From Calcarisporiella thermophila CBS 279.70 (taxonomy: Eukaryota; Fungi; Calcarisporiellomycota), in contig NW_027192200.1 in assembly GCF_041956535.1 (NCBI RefSeq), positions 51,398-115,397 on the forward strand: 64,000 nucleotides of DNA, given 5' to 3'. The notes beneath the pieces were generated by a model. It was not told where the DNA came from, made no database searches, and worked only from the letters and a program-made list of their open reading frames with translations. The position numbers and the translations under genes are program-made. This document shows, in pieces, positions 13,436 to 25,699 of the stretch; position 1 is the first letter of the stretch; the number at the start of each line of letters is the position of its first letter.

Positions 13436-14259
13436 TTAAAACGAGGATGAAGAGTCGTCAAAGAGGAAAAAAAAGGAGATTTTTTATGGTGCCGAAGCCA
13501 AAAGAAAAATGGGACAAGAAACCCCAAGTTGGCTTGCGCGTGCGAAAATTTAACAGGGGTATTAGTGGCTTAGTAGTTGCGTTGGGTTCCACACGGTGGA
13601 CTCAACTTAAGATAAGGTGATAAAAAATCAACTGACAAATGTATACAAGCAAAAAAAAAATTGTTTACATATCAAGATAACTGATAAACTAATTATACTT
13701 GCTTATATTTGACAAGATAAAACTGGGTTTCAATGTAATAATGCAAGCTTGGCTTTTTTTTCGTTATCTATGCTCACCACAATGGTGATCTTTTCATGCT
13801 GCAATAGCGATAATTCAACCACGAAAAAATATAACCAGGGGTCTAGCCTGGCTGAGCGAATTTAGAGCCGTTGCTTTGTAAACATACTCGGTGTCCACTT
13901 TTGGCTATGAAAAAGCCTAAGGTGGCCTCCTGTCTTTAGAGTGTTATCTAAAAATATAGAGACAGAAGCGCTATGCCCAAATAAAAAATACATGTGCCCC
14001 CCCTATTTACTTGGGAAGTTCAATTTAGCTACAGGATTGGTCGTGGTAATTTAATCAAACTCGCTTGAAAAATAAATCGCCAATCGATCGAATAGATTAC
14101 AATTCAACGTTTTCAGCGAGCTCCAAGATTACACATAATTACATCCATAGTAAATGACGTTTTGTGTGAAGAAAGAAGAATAATACAGTAATTAAAATCG
14201 GATATAAGGTTAAGGTTAGCAAGAAAGGAGGGTATCCGTTTTGCCTCCCAATTGCTCGC

Positions 14260-16329
14260 CTAGAAAGTGTTGGAAATCCAACGGTTGAAAAAGAATCTAG
14301 TAGAAGAGAAGAGAGATTATGTCATTTCCCAAATTATTTTTAAAGGACCGCAGGGCATAAGCAAAACTTACAGTGAATTAGCAGGCTGATCATAGGGTGC
14401 CATATGACCTGCATTAAACACACGCAAGAACGCAAAGCGATTATCCGCAGTCTTGCGAACCTCTCCGACATTATTTCCATAGGGTTTGTCTCCCGCACCA
14501 TTGAATTCCTTGTTCCCTGACCACGGCAGAGCAAGAGTCCACGCCTTGTTACCGTACCAATTGCCTAACATAGAAATCAAACTAGGGTGAGAGGCCCATT
14601 TGGGGACGGGTTCTTACAGCGATGCTACTTACAGATATAATCAGCTGTTCAAGGATCAAGCCGAGAATAAATAATATTAAAAAGAATGGGATAAGGGGAA
14701 TTGTTAGTTGGTTTAGGCGAATGGGGTCAAAGAATCTATCACATACCATCTCCGGCTGTAATTGGATTGATAGAATCAAACGGAGAGGAAGAGGAGAGAA
14801 ATGGTCAGTCATAGCCTAATATTTTTACGCATGCAATTCCCCGAGCTTACCATAGACCAAAATGCGAACTCCGTCCTCCAGCAGCGGAGGGAGGAGTCTT
14901 TGCGAGGGCATCATCCAATCCCCAGCACTGACGAAATTGTTATACACATCGAAGTTGCAGCTCTCATATTTGCTAACCTTGGCTCCCACCGCCTTCTTGA
15001 CATCGGCGCGATTGAGGTAGCTCTCGATGGCATCCGTGATGGGATAGCAGAGGCCACCCCCGGTGCATTCTTTGCGGATGTCGTAGATGTTCTTCCCTGT
15101 CGATTGGAATGGTGAAATCATCACTTGGTTGCAGTAGCTTGTCGCCCTTTCGCATGTGCCTGCATCACCCGTTGCGTAGCAGTTGCTGATCTGTCGTGAG
15201 CAAGTGGGGGAGCTCTGGTTCATCCGCGCGCACTGCGTGCGAGAGAGCACAGGCCTATAGGTGTTTCGGCATCCCATTTGCTCGTAGTATTTGTACTGGA
15301 CAAGGGGGTCCGTGAGCCCATTACCGATCAACAAAGACTTCAGGTTTATCTTTTGGAGAGTATTGGCTTGAGCTTTGAGGACATCACTCTCGAAGCTGCC
15401 CTTGTTGCTCTTATGGATAACCGAGCCAATATTGGGCACGTAATGGCCTAAGGGATGAATTTTGCGTTAAATGTGCGATGAAAAAGGAAGAATAGAAAGA
15501 TCCCCTTCAAGGTAAAGTGTCCTCAAACTTACCGGCGTAGCTCTCTCCGGCGACGTGGAAATCCACCTTGGCAAATTTCGGGTTCTCCTTCAGGAAGAGT
15601 TGCAGGAAAGCATACACATCTTTCGCGGCCATCAACGAGGTTGAGGTGTCTGAGTTTCCATAGGAATACCCGACGTTCAAAGGCTATGTCAAGCAGAGTA
15701 AAGAAAGGTTCAGTACCACACTACAAGCTCAATGTATGGCCATGTCCGCCAAATCATCCAAGCTACGGTACCTGATCTAGGAAAATGACGCTTGCGTTGC
15801 TATTCCACCCGAACTTGTTAAAGTCCGTGCCTGAGCCATTTTCACGCATGCGGCATGGCCTAACGTCGGGGGTGGTTAATGGTCAGTGTGTGCGAGTTCA
15901 ACCCTCTCAGTTGTCAAAATCGAGCACTTACCCCAACTCCATGAACAATCCCATCATGGACGAGCATCCCGGGCCACCATTAAGCCAGATCACAAGAGGG
16001 TCCTTTTCAGGATTGCTGCGAGACTCAAAGAACCAGAAGAAAAAGTGACTATCTCTGTCTGTGTCAAGATAGCCCGAGATCTATTTCCATCAAGAACAGC
16101 TGAGCATCTAACCGCTTATATAGTCAAGGAAAGGCAATGCTCAAGTTACCTGTTTGACAGTTGGATCGCAAAGAGTAGGGTTCTGATAACGGAGGGCGTG
16201 GTCGGGGAATGCTGGATGCGTTGCTACTTTAAACTCTCCCGACTCAGTACTTGCTGCCGTTTGATTCTCAAGCGCAAAAGTTGCGCCCAAGAGCAGCGTC
16301 AATAATAATAATATCAATGTCACTCGCAT
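14260..16329 (-). CDS. Serine carboxypeptidase (S10, carboxypeptidase Y-like), secreted or vacuolar
   Basis: Signal peptide; [10 protein letters not shown]; GESYAGHY (catalytic Ser); YAGDADYICNWYGN (catalytic Asp, built from micro-exons 14747-14755 and 14633-14644); NAGHMAP (His). Last exon 14260-14296. Confidence 0.95.
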
Positions 16330-18819
16330 AACTCTTCTAGGCGAATAATCAACAAGAGAAGTAGGAGGAAGAGGATGCCGGGATAGACGAAAGGGCGGAA
16401 AGGAGCGCTAAGGATTCCAAAATTTCTAAATCCACGACGACCAAATGGTCTTTTTATTGCAACCGAACGGTTTTCTTCATCACTTAAGTTTAGCGGAGTA
16501 CAGGGTAAGATTCAATGAAAACGGTTTTCGGGTCATGCACTCCTTCATTCCCAATATCTCCCGCTTGAAGCCTCAAGCTGACTCAGCACTAGCCTCGGCA
16601 GTACTAAATTTAGGGGGCGTTGTCAGATCCATCTCGGATCGTTGCCCACACCGACAGACAGCTTATTTAATTTTACAGTTTTCATTGCTTGATATTCTAT
16701 CCAATTTTCAATTTAATTTCTTGTCTCGCGTGAGATTGAACACGAGAAACACATTCCAAGTGCGATCGCACTCAGCCACCCCGCACCTAACCTAGTTTGA
16801 GGTAAATCCCGACCCGATTTGGTCTAATTCTGACTGCCATAGCCAAGAGTTACCGCGAGAATTAGTAGAGTTTGAACTTTGTCTTTCCATCAGCATTCCT
16901 CTAGGATGACCTCACGGGTCTGGGTGCATTTTTGGGCCTACTACGGGACTGAATAGAGGCAAGTAGCATTACCCCATTGACAGCATTCAACCATGACTTC
17001 CTTCTGGTGAAAACGGCTGTAAGAAAATAGGCGGACGTGTGCATCACCCGACGCTGATGGATAGATTCACAATGAAGGGCCCTCTGACCAAAAGGATGTG
17101 TCTTTGCTTGGAAAGCTCTAACCTCTTTTTTGAGCCACATGAACTTACTGCTATGCTCTAGTGAGGCATCTCTCTATTCCTTGGGGACAAGGGCCATTAG
17201 GGTTCCGTAAAGGTGTATACCCTATCCATTTTCATTAACACGAGGCTAACCCTAAATCTACCCAACACATATCGGCTTAGATAAATAAGCGCTAAATTTA
17301 CCTAGAATCATATCTATCTTTCGTAATCAATGCGTTAAAGCAGAGGGGAAATGAAGTGTCACTCTTGGCAATATGCCACTAAAGTCTGGAATAAAACAAA
17401 AAGAAAAAAGGTATAGTGTGCACCACTAACTCGCCGGGCCTACAGGCTTATTAAACCTTCGGCTCTTCCGTCGCTTAGTTAACCGATTGGCAATCCGTTC
17501 CTTCCGTCATTCTTTGTCATGTTATCCTATCAATATAGGAAAGCATGATAAAAAAATGTATGTATCAGGATCTCAGAATAGCCAGTATGGTTATAGCCCC
17601 AGCTTACCCAAGCCTGTGGTCGTCAACATTAATGAGCCAAGCATGGCTAACTCCTACCTCCACGAGTAAGGCTCATTGATTGCTTGCTCCCTTGCATACA
17701 CTTACAGTTGTTTTAGCTTGCTTGTTTTCCATTTTGTGAGATTATCCTCATTTAGGGAAAAATCAAGGGAATAGTGTTATCCTGGCTTTATTACCGCAGC
17801 AATGGCCTGCGATGATTAGATACAAGATGGAGCGGGTATTTTAGCAAAAGTTTCAGCATTCTATGGAGGGCCTGAACTTGGGTTTACTTATAGATTCACA
17901 AAGATTTGCATGTGTTTTCAATCCTCGAGAAAGCGAGCCCTGGACGACTGGAGTTTGAGCATTTTATTGCAGGAACTTAAATACCCCCTGCCATCTGCAA
18001 ATTTAGGCATCTCCGCTTGTCAAAGCCACCGTGGGTTAAGCTGACCCTAGAGAAATGAAATTCATCAGATCTGCCCAGATCAGGTTGATTGCTGAATTAG
18101 GAGAAAAGGACTAGAAATCGAAGTGGTCAGTCCACCACCATGACGGTGCGCAGTCGCTTGGCACTTATCTCTTCCAAATATCTAGTTTGACAAGGCACTC
18201 CTTGCCAAGGCGAGGGAAGCAACTCCGGCCCAGCTTGGATGTGATTTTGAGCCACTCTTAACTCTACTTCTAACACGGCCACCACCTGGGTCTTATGTTG
18301 AACTAGGTTGCCATGGAATTTTCATTGTTAACCAGACCTCGTTTGGGTCGCATGCCGTTAGTTCATTGTTGAAAGAACAATAACACTAATCGATATTATA
18401 AACAGCATAAAGAATGAAAAGACACAAAATGGGGGGGGGGGGGAGGGGGAGGGGAGGAGAGAGGAGAAAAGGTTGCCTAGCAGGCAAAGAGAGACACAAT
18501 AAACAAAACCTTTAACAATATCAACCAGAAAAGTCGAGAAAATATTATATAGACTAATAGCTTTTACACTTTTTCAAAATCAATTATGGATAGATATTTA
18601 TGTAAAAAAGAAGGAGATAGAATGAGTATTATGGCAGGGGTAAAGAAGGTAAAATGGAAGAGAGTTGAGATAATATATGAATAACAAATGATGCTAGTGG
18701 ATAGAATAAGATATGGGAAAGGTTTACAGAGGGGAAATAGCGGGGTGATTTTGATCGTGTGGAGGGGAGAGGATTTCCCCACCATAGGGAGAAGGGGCAA
18801 GGGGGTGGTGCGTCATCCC

Positions 18820-20205
18820 TCACCCTCTTTGGGGTTGCTGATGTTGATGGAGTTGATGTTGCTGCAGCTGGTCAAGGACCAGGCCTTCTAAATAGGAGCA
18901 CCGCTCTCGCAACTCTTTGGTCTCCTTCCGCAGCTTCTCCCGTTCGTCCAGAAGAGCCACCAGCTTGGCATAGGCACGGCCACTCAGTGCTTCGAATTTG
19001 TCTCGCGAGTTGCGCATGGCGGCCATGAGGCGCTTCTTCGCCCGCTGTTCCGCAAAGAGTTGGGAATGCGCCTGCTGTAGCTTGTGAAGCAGCTCCTCGC
19101 GACTCTCGGCCTTGTCTTCAGGCGACGTGTCGGCGCTGGGGAGAGGGGGGTGATTCTCCTCGGGAGACGACGACTCGGTCTGCGTCGCTGCCGTATCAAC
19201 CTTTCGGTCGGTTTGGACTTGCACGTGTCGTACTCGCCTCCCGGTGGCGGGGGCGCGGGGGGAGCGCTCGATCACCTCCACCAGCCCCACCTCGCGCCGC
19301 ACAAGAGCCACGCGCTTTGACAACTCGAGCTCCACCAGATCCTTCTCCTCCTCGGCCTTATTGGCCGCGTCCGCATCCGCCACGTTTTTCTTGCGGATCA
19401 TGGCCGTTGTAAAGGGCCCCTCACTGGCCTGCTTCTCGAGCTTGGCATCTCCGTCGAACGCCTCCTTCTGGGAATTTGAGGCCTCCATCCGATAGGGCGA
19501 ATGCGACTCCCCCTTAGCTGGAGCAGTTGAGAGCGGGTGCATATCCCGGTCGGGCCGACGATAGGCGTCAGGGGATTCGTATTTCTCGCGCTGATAATGA
19601 TTCACTCCACCGAGTGCGTCTCTTCTCTCCTTGATGCTACTTCCTCCCCCAACGCTACCCTCCTTGGAATTCCCGTTGCTTTTCACACTGCTTCCGCCCC
19701 CACTGTGACTACCCATGATATAGTCCTGGGACGAAATCGTCACGACGGTTTCCGCGAGGATGGAGCTTTCCCTGTTCCTCGGCGCCAGATAATCATATTC
19801 ATTGAAGCCTCGGCCGTCGGCCTTGTTGCTATCCTGGGTGGAGAACGTGTCGTATTCGGTGATAATGGGGACGTATTTCTTTCCCGCAGGGCGCCCCGGT
19901 CCGGGCGGCTGCAGCCGCGAGGGGGGGGCCAGCGAGTGAGCCTGAGCTCCTTCCCCATTCATCGCATCCAGCGGCTTCTCTTTCGACTTGTTCCGCCGGA
20001 AGAACAACCGTTTTCGTTCCTTCTTCTCGGAAGCTTGCGTCGCGGGCTCCTCGGGTGGCTCTGGCGGCCCCGTGGTGGCAAGAAACTCGGCGAGTGACTG
20101 GGTGGTTTGGGGTTTGGCGCTGCTGGAGAAAAAGTCGTCATCAGAATCGTTTTCGTAAACGATAGTGAGAGGGGATTTGGGCACGAGGGCCGCCTTTTGA
20201 GGCAT
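18820..20205 (-). CDS. Uncharacterised fungal protein: disordered, N-terminal SLAEFLATTGPP motif, C-terminal coiled coil
   Basis: 461-aa ORF with coding-like composition and a heptad-rich C-terminus; probable 5'UTR intron at about 20387-20675. Confidence 0.75.
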   Translation of the reverse strand: MPQKAALVPKSPLTIVYENDSDDDFFSSSAKPQTTQSLAEFLATTGPPEPPEEPATQASEKKERKRLFFRRNKSKEKPLDAMNGEGAQAHSLAPPSRLQPPGPGRPAGKKYVPIITEYDTFSTQDSNKADGRGFNEYDYLAPRNRESSILAETVVTISSQDYIMGSHSGGGSSVKSNGNSKEGSVGGGSSIKERRDALGGVNHYQREKYESPDAYRRPDRDMHPLSTAPAKGESHSPYRMEASNSQKEAFDGDAKLEKQASEGPFTTAMIRKKNVADADAANKAEEEKDLVELELSKRVALVRREVGLVEVIERSPRAPATGRRVRHVQVQTDRKVDTAATQTESSSPEENHPPLPSADTSPEDKAESREELLHKLQQAHSQLFAEQRAKKRLMAAMRNSRDKFEALSGRAYAKLVALLDEREKLRKETKELRERCSYLEGLVLDQLQQHQLHQHQQPQRG

Positions 20206-20922
20206 GGCGATAATGGTTTAGAGAAGGAACGGGGAGGGGCAATGGTCGAGATCCGGTGGTGATAGAGAGAGAGGGGGCACGAGAGAAGAAGGGAAAGAAT
20301 AGATAGGAAGGGTCGGACCGAAAGGGTAGAAGGGGGACTTGTCGCGGGAATGAGCACAGAAGCACGAGTTTGTTCGATACTCGCTTTCTAATTAGTCGAG
20401 GTTCTCAAAAAAAAGGGGGGATTTTCTTAACGGGTAAGACAAGAAGAGAGGGAAAAAGGGAACACGGGATGGGAAATAGAAGCCAGACGCGAAATGGAAG
20501 CGAGATGAAAAAGATGATGGTGAGGTGTGTTCATTCCCACAATGACAAACAACACCAACAGCAACAAATAGTCAGCGGCACAGAAATAAGGATCAATCGA
20601 AGAAGAATGAAAAAAAAACAGGAATATGTCCGTGAGTGAAGCTTGTTTCTTTTGTGGGTTGTGTAACCCGCTCACCACTTGAGACAAATGCCGAGTTTCA
20701 GACGGAATTAGAAAGTGGTGCTATTTTCGTCTCTCCCCAGTTGAATTCGGATGACGAAGATTCGGCTGGCCAAATAGCCCGGGATGGGTGGCGGAGCGGC
20801 GTGCGGACTTCCATCGTCTATTTGCTCAGGTCGGCAGCCGTGGCCGCGGCCGCTGCTTCCATCTCCCGCAGCGTGTCTGCCCGCCTTCTCTCTAGCCATC
20901 CGAGCATGCACAATAAGAACCA

Positions 20923-21997
20923 TTAGGCCTCCCGGTCCATATCCTCTTCTCTGTTGAATGGAGCCTTACCGCTTAGCCGCCGGCTGCATTCTGCCAGGTG
21001 TTCTCGCAAGGTCCCGTGCCCCGACTTTTGCACGCGTATCGCGTCTCCGTCGTATCCAAATACCTCGAGGTGGTAGGGGGGGAGCACCTGCTCCTTGATG
21101 ATAGCGTTGGAGATCAAGTAGGTCGCCTATGCAGAATGGGGTGCATCGAAGGGGATGAGGGGGGCTTAGCAAACTCACACATAATGACCGGAATACTCAC
21201 AAACACGTCGTTGGCCGCATACTCTTTCTGCTGCGGGGTCAGATACCGCATCTCCCAGTTACTGAGGCGCGCATGTTGGTCCTTCGCGAGCTCCTGCCCA
21301 AGCATGACTCTGCTCAAGCTCTTGAGGGAAATAATGGGGCGCCTGTGGCCAAAGACGCCTTTGTTCGCTAGTAGCTTCCCCCCTAGGTTTTGGCCGCGAT
21401 CATATCCACCCTTATCCACATCTCCGTCTCCACCCGCATTGCCAACGCCATCATGGTGCAGGTAACCATGCTCTTTTACCTCCCGGCACAGCCGACTCGC
21501 TTCGCACATTCCTTTCGCTTTGATCCCGAGATCGTGCAACTTCTTGGCGTCTATTCGAACGTTTACCCCCATTTTCACGATCTCCTCCGTCTCCAACAGC
21601 AGCCGTACATGCTCCGGCACAGCATGCATATGATGCAAATGGAGGAGGAGAATCGCGGTGCGATCGCAGAGTTGGAGGAGGGCAAGAGGGCGCTGCTTGT
21701 AGGGGCGTGCGAAAGGAAAGGGCGTGGACCATTCGGAGTCCAGGGCTATGAGGGGAAATTTCTCGCTGGCCGGAGCCATTTGGGATAATTAGACAGAATG
21801 GAAGCGATCCAATCCAAGCAAGAACACCCTTACCAATTCATCAGCATGATGCGCGCCATCTTATCCGCCTTCTCGTAGTCGGCCGTGTAGTACACTCGCT
21901 GCCGGTGCCGCGTGTAATCAACATATGGGTAGAGGGGGGCATGGGTGGAATAGCACCTGGATCCGCATAGGCGGCGCGGTAGAGGGAGCCTTCTCAT
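20923..21997 (-). CDS. DEDDy 3'-5' exonuclease (WRN-exo/EXD2-like), probably mitochondrial
   Basis: ExoI ALDSEW, ExoII GVNVRIDAKKL, ExoIII SNWE..LT..Q.EYAAND; Arg-rich, acid-free N-terminus MRRLPLPRRLCGSRCYST; two GT-AG introns. Confidence 0.88.
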
Positions 21998-23296
21998 GGT
22001 TGGGGAGGAGGATTGAAAGGACGAAGTGACCGTATTTATCAGACCACTGCCTATTCTGGGAGGGTAATAATTTTTGGTTCCAAGCCGCAGCCCAATTCCA
22101 GTGTCCATTTCTAATCACGTTAGACTAGGAGACAGGAGTTTTTGGGGCTTCTCGGTGGAGGCGAAGAATTCCCCAGATTGATTTGGTCCTATGGTGGACT
22201 CCTGGACCCAAGCCATTCCCCAATTCGGGATTTGTTTTCTCGGAATGCAATCGGGCCAACCAAAACAGATATACTATAGAGATAGGGGGAGAAGAACCGG
22301 TACTTCAACCCTATTCCAAAGAACATGGTCTTACAAGAATGAGAAACATTCCAACATTCCCTTTATTATCAGGTCACAAGAAGTAAAACTTGTGAAGCGC
22401 CACGTCTTCGGCCCGTCTTTTGATGGCCAGTAGTGGTTATTGCAAAAGGGAGGTTGAAGAGGTCGTGTAAAAACGGGAACTAAAACCTCTTGTGAAGGCC
22501 TGCCAATAGCTTCATCTTGCCACAGAGCAAGCACATTGCGTCCCCGCTCTGAGTCATCTGGACCCTAGCTTTAGGCTGGGGTAGAAACATCCTCTAGTAC
22601 TATTCCTTCATTAACTATCGAAATGACCCATCATCATTCGTATGTCACGATGCCATGTCATGATAGGGTAAAACACGGCTCCCTGGAATGCATAGAGACC
22701 CCATGCCTAAGTGGGTGGCTAACTATCCAAGCGCGCGCGTACCCATGAAATGCTTGTTCACCACCTGAACACCCCAGTGCAATAAGCGAGTGAACGTCTC
22801 TGCTGTATTCACACTATTTGGCTTTTTATTATTTTAAGCTTTGCATTTTGGAATTTTACTATTCACAATAAAAAAAAAGAGAAATGATGAATTCTATGAA
22901 TTCCAATAGAAATAAAGGGGGAAAAAGGATCATAGGGAGAAAAGAAAAAGGGGAGAGGGGAGAGGGGGAGGGAAAAAAAAAACGTCCATCCTTGCAAAAA
23001 AAAAAAAAGAATATATATAAAAGAAGAATATAGTAACAAATAAAAAGCGCATTCCTCAAATATCCACAAGAGAGGAGGGAGAAAGCAACCAACGCAAGAG
23101 CCAGATCCAAGAGCCGAGCGGACGCGCCCTTCCCCTTTAACCCGACAAAATGTACTTATGAGAGATTATATAGTAGGAGGAGAGTGAGAAAGTAGGCGGG
23201 AAGAGTGCACAACGCTCCGAGTATATATATACATCCACCAACATATATATACACCTTGCGACGAAGGATTGGCTTGAGCCATCGAGCCTCCACGCG

Positions 23297-25699
23297 TTAT
23301 CCTTGTGCCATGGGAGGGGTCGGTGCACTCTCATCCGTGGTGGTGTTTCCCGCCTCCCGCTCTTCCACCGCAGCGGCTCTACAAATGGGACACTTGTTGG
23401 CCCCCTCGGTCAGCCATTTATCGATGCACTCCCGATGGAAACCATGCCGGCACCGCAGAATACGCACCATGTCGCCTCCCCCGTACTCCGTCAGGCACAC
23501 TTGGCAGCTGTTCCCCGTCCCCAGCAGCTCGAACCCAGGCACCTGACCCAGAGTTTTGTCAAAGGCTGCACACGGCAGCGCACTATCAATGGCGTCCTGG
23601 GTGGTGGTGGGGGGCCGCGCAGGGCCCAGGACGGCCGCAAGCCGGAGCAGATCTTCGTAGGTGGGTTGGTCGGAGAGAAGGGAGGGCGAGGTGAGGATCG
23701 GGTGGCCGGAGGGAAAGGTGCCTCCAATGATGAAGATGACGTAGGTGCGTGTGACCCGCCGATGGCTTGGAGGAGCGAGACCCTGGCCAGACAGGGGCGG
23801 CCCCGGGGGCAACGCCGTGGTGTTGGTGGAGGAGGAGGAGTAGGAGGAGGACGAGGAGGCGGCCGAGGAGAGAACGTGTGGGTGGGGCTGTGGCGACATC
23901 CGGGAGGAGGGGGGCGGAGGTGACGAGGGTCGCAGGGAGGTGGAGCCTTCGTTCCCCGGGGCTGCCGAATCGTTGTACATTGAGAATGGGTATCCGCTCG
24001 ACATGGTGCGCAGGGTGGTGATGGACGCGGCATCGTTCACGACGCTCTCCCCGTCCTCCGCCTCGGTGCCGTTGTCTTCGGCCCCGTGTCTTGACGCTGA
24101 GGGCCGATCGATCGACCGAATCCCAACAAAGAGCACCGGGACCATTCCCGCCTCGTTTGCGTCCGCTCCTTCCGGGGGTCCGCCAATCCTAAAGAACCGC
24201 ATCTGCCCACTGCTGCCCATCCCGCCGAGCGAGGAGATGTCCGGCATGGAGTTGACGGAGATTGGCAATGGGGCAGGGTTCTCGTCTCCACCCGTGCCCG
24301 CATTCCCATCCGTCCCTCTTGCCGTAGTATTTGGCTCCAGGCCCGTATCCGCGCCTGTCTCACGCGCTCCCGACTCTGCATCGTCGTTTTCACCGGCGGC
24401 GGCGTCCTGGCGCTCCAGATTGCTCAACATCCGTTCCAAGGTAGAGATGAGGGTGTTGTCCGTGATGAAATTGGCCAGAGCGGCGGTGTTATGCCGCTCC
24501 TCGCCTCCTCTCGCGGGCTGGTCTCCGTCCGGCTCGTGGCGCGAGGAAGAGTGGAGCCGCTGGGCTTCACTGGCAGGGTGAGGTCCCGCAAAGTCGGCCG
24601 TGGAGGACTGGCCACTGGAGGCGCGCCGCAGCAAGGAGGCCGCGGTGGAGGCAACCAGGCTTGCAAGCACTCGGCTAAACCGCGTGTTTCCTCCGGCCGC
24701 TTGCGAGGGGTGATCGTGCTCCACAGCGTCGCCACCATCCAGAAGCTGTGAATCGTGCAGCCACTGGTCGTCTCGAGTTTCGTGGCGCCGTCGGCGGGTG
24801 TGCCACCCTTCGCCATATTCCACGTCCAAATGGTCCTCCGGCCCGTAGAGTGAAGGGGGGCGTTCACCAGAGCTGTTCTCAAAGACAAGATTACGGGTAG
24901 CGGTGCGGTCCTGCCACCTGTTTTCGTCCTCATCATCTAGGGCCATCCCGTCCCCCCCGCCGATCGCACTTTCTGCTGTAGGGTTCCTCTCGCCTGCATG
25001 TTCCCTAGCTTTTTGCTGCTCGTCGCCCTCTTTTTCTCCTTCTTCCTCAGGACCGTAGTCGGCGTGGTCGTAATCATCCAGCCTCCGATAGTCGCCCTCG
25101 ATGTGACTGTAAACCGGTTCGTCCTCGTGCAGCTGGGGATCTTCCTCCATGGGGTTATATTGCATCCTATCGGACTCTTCAGATTGCGCTCGCCGCTGGT
25201 CCAACGGGGAGGACGAGGCAGGATAATATGTGGAATCTCTTAAAGGCAGCCCTACTGGCCGGGTGTATCGAGGGTGAGATGAGGAGGACGAGGAGGAAGG
25301 CGATGGCGTCGAACTGCGCAGCATCCCGTGCAGTCGCTGCAAGCGCCCTAAAGGCCGCGCCGCCCCTCCACCGTTTCCCGCGACCCCACCCAACGAACCC
25401 GATGAGGCTGATTGTAGCCCATTCCATCCACGCGAGCCGCCTACACAGGAATTGTTGATGCCGGTGCTGCTCCCGCTGGAATGGGAAATGATAGGATAGA
25501 GGCTGAATAGCCGTCGTCTTCGGCGCGCACTTGTACTCCTCAGAGCACGCGATGACCGTGCTAGGGGCGGAGTGGCGGAGGATCTTTCTGCCGGATGTGC
25601 TGGTACGGGCGAGGGCGTGGATGCCGGTGAGTGATCACTCGCGTCGACAGTGGGGGGGTGGGGATCATGGCTGCGGGAGGTCGAGAAACTATGGCCCAT
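23297..25699 (-). CDS. RING-H2 E3 ubiquitin ligase
   Basis: C-terminal CQVCLTEY...CRHGFHRECIDKWL...CPICR, preceded by PTYEDLLRLAAVLG; possible myristoylation start MGHSFS; 800-aa intronless ORF. Confidence 0.9.
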   Translation of the reverse strand: MGHSFSTSRSHDPHPPTVDASDHSPASTPSPVPAHPAERSSATPPLARSSRALRSTSARRRRRLFSLYPIISHSSGSSTGINNSCVGGSRGWNGLQSASSGSLGGVAGNGGGAARPLGRLQRLHGMLRSSTPSPSSSSSSSHPRYTRPVGLPLRDSTYYPASSSPLDQRRAQSEESDRMQYNPMEEDPQLHEDEPVYSHIEGDYRRLDDYDHADYGPEEEGEKEGDEQQKAREHAGERNPTAESAIGGGDGMALDDEDENRWQDRTATRNLVFENSSGERPPSLYGPEDHLDVEYGEGWHTRRRRHETRDDQWLHDSQLLDGGDAVEHDHPSQAAGGNTRFSRVLASLVASTAASLLRRASSGQSSTADFAGPHPASEAQRLHSSSRHEPDGDQPARGGEERHNTAALANFITDNTLISTLERMLSNLERQDAAAGENDDAESGARETGADTGLEPNTTARGTDGNAGTGGDENPAPLPISVNSMPDISSLGGMGSSGQMRFFRIGGPPEGADANEAGMVPVLFVGIRSIDRPSASRHGAEDNGTEAEDGESVVNDAASITTLRTMSSGYPFSMYNDSAAPGNEGSTSLRPSSPPPPSSRMSPQPHPHVLSSAASSSSSYSSSSTNTTALPPGPPLSGQGLAPPSHRRVTRTYVIFIIGGTFPSGHPILTSPSLLSDQPTYEDLLRLAAVLGPARPPTTTQDAIDSALPCAAFDKTLGQVPGFELLGTGNSCQVCLTEYGGGDMVRILRCRHGFHRECIDKWLTEGANKCPICRAAAVEEREAGNTTTDESAPTPPMAQG

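Noticed and set aside
16450-18400. Short ORFs in the long intergenic region (also 43700-45700)
   Set aside because: No recognisable domain or splice model; may be old TE debris but I cannot support it.
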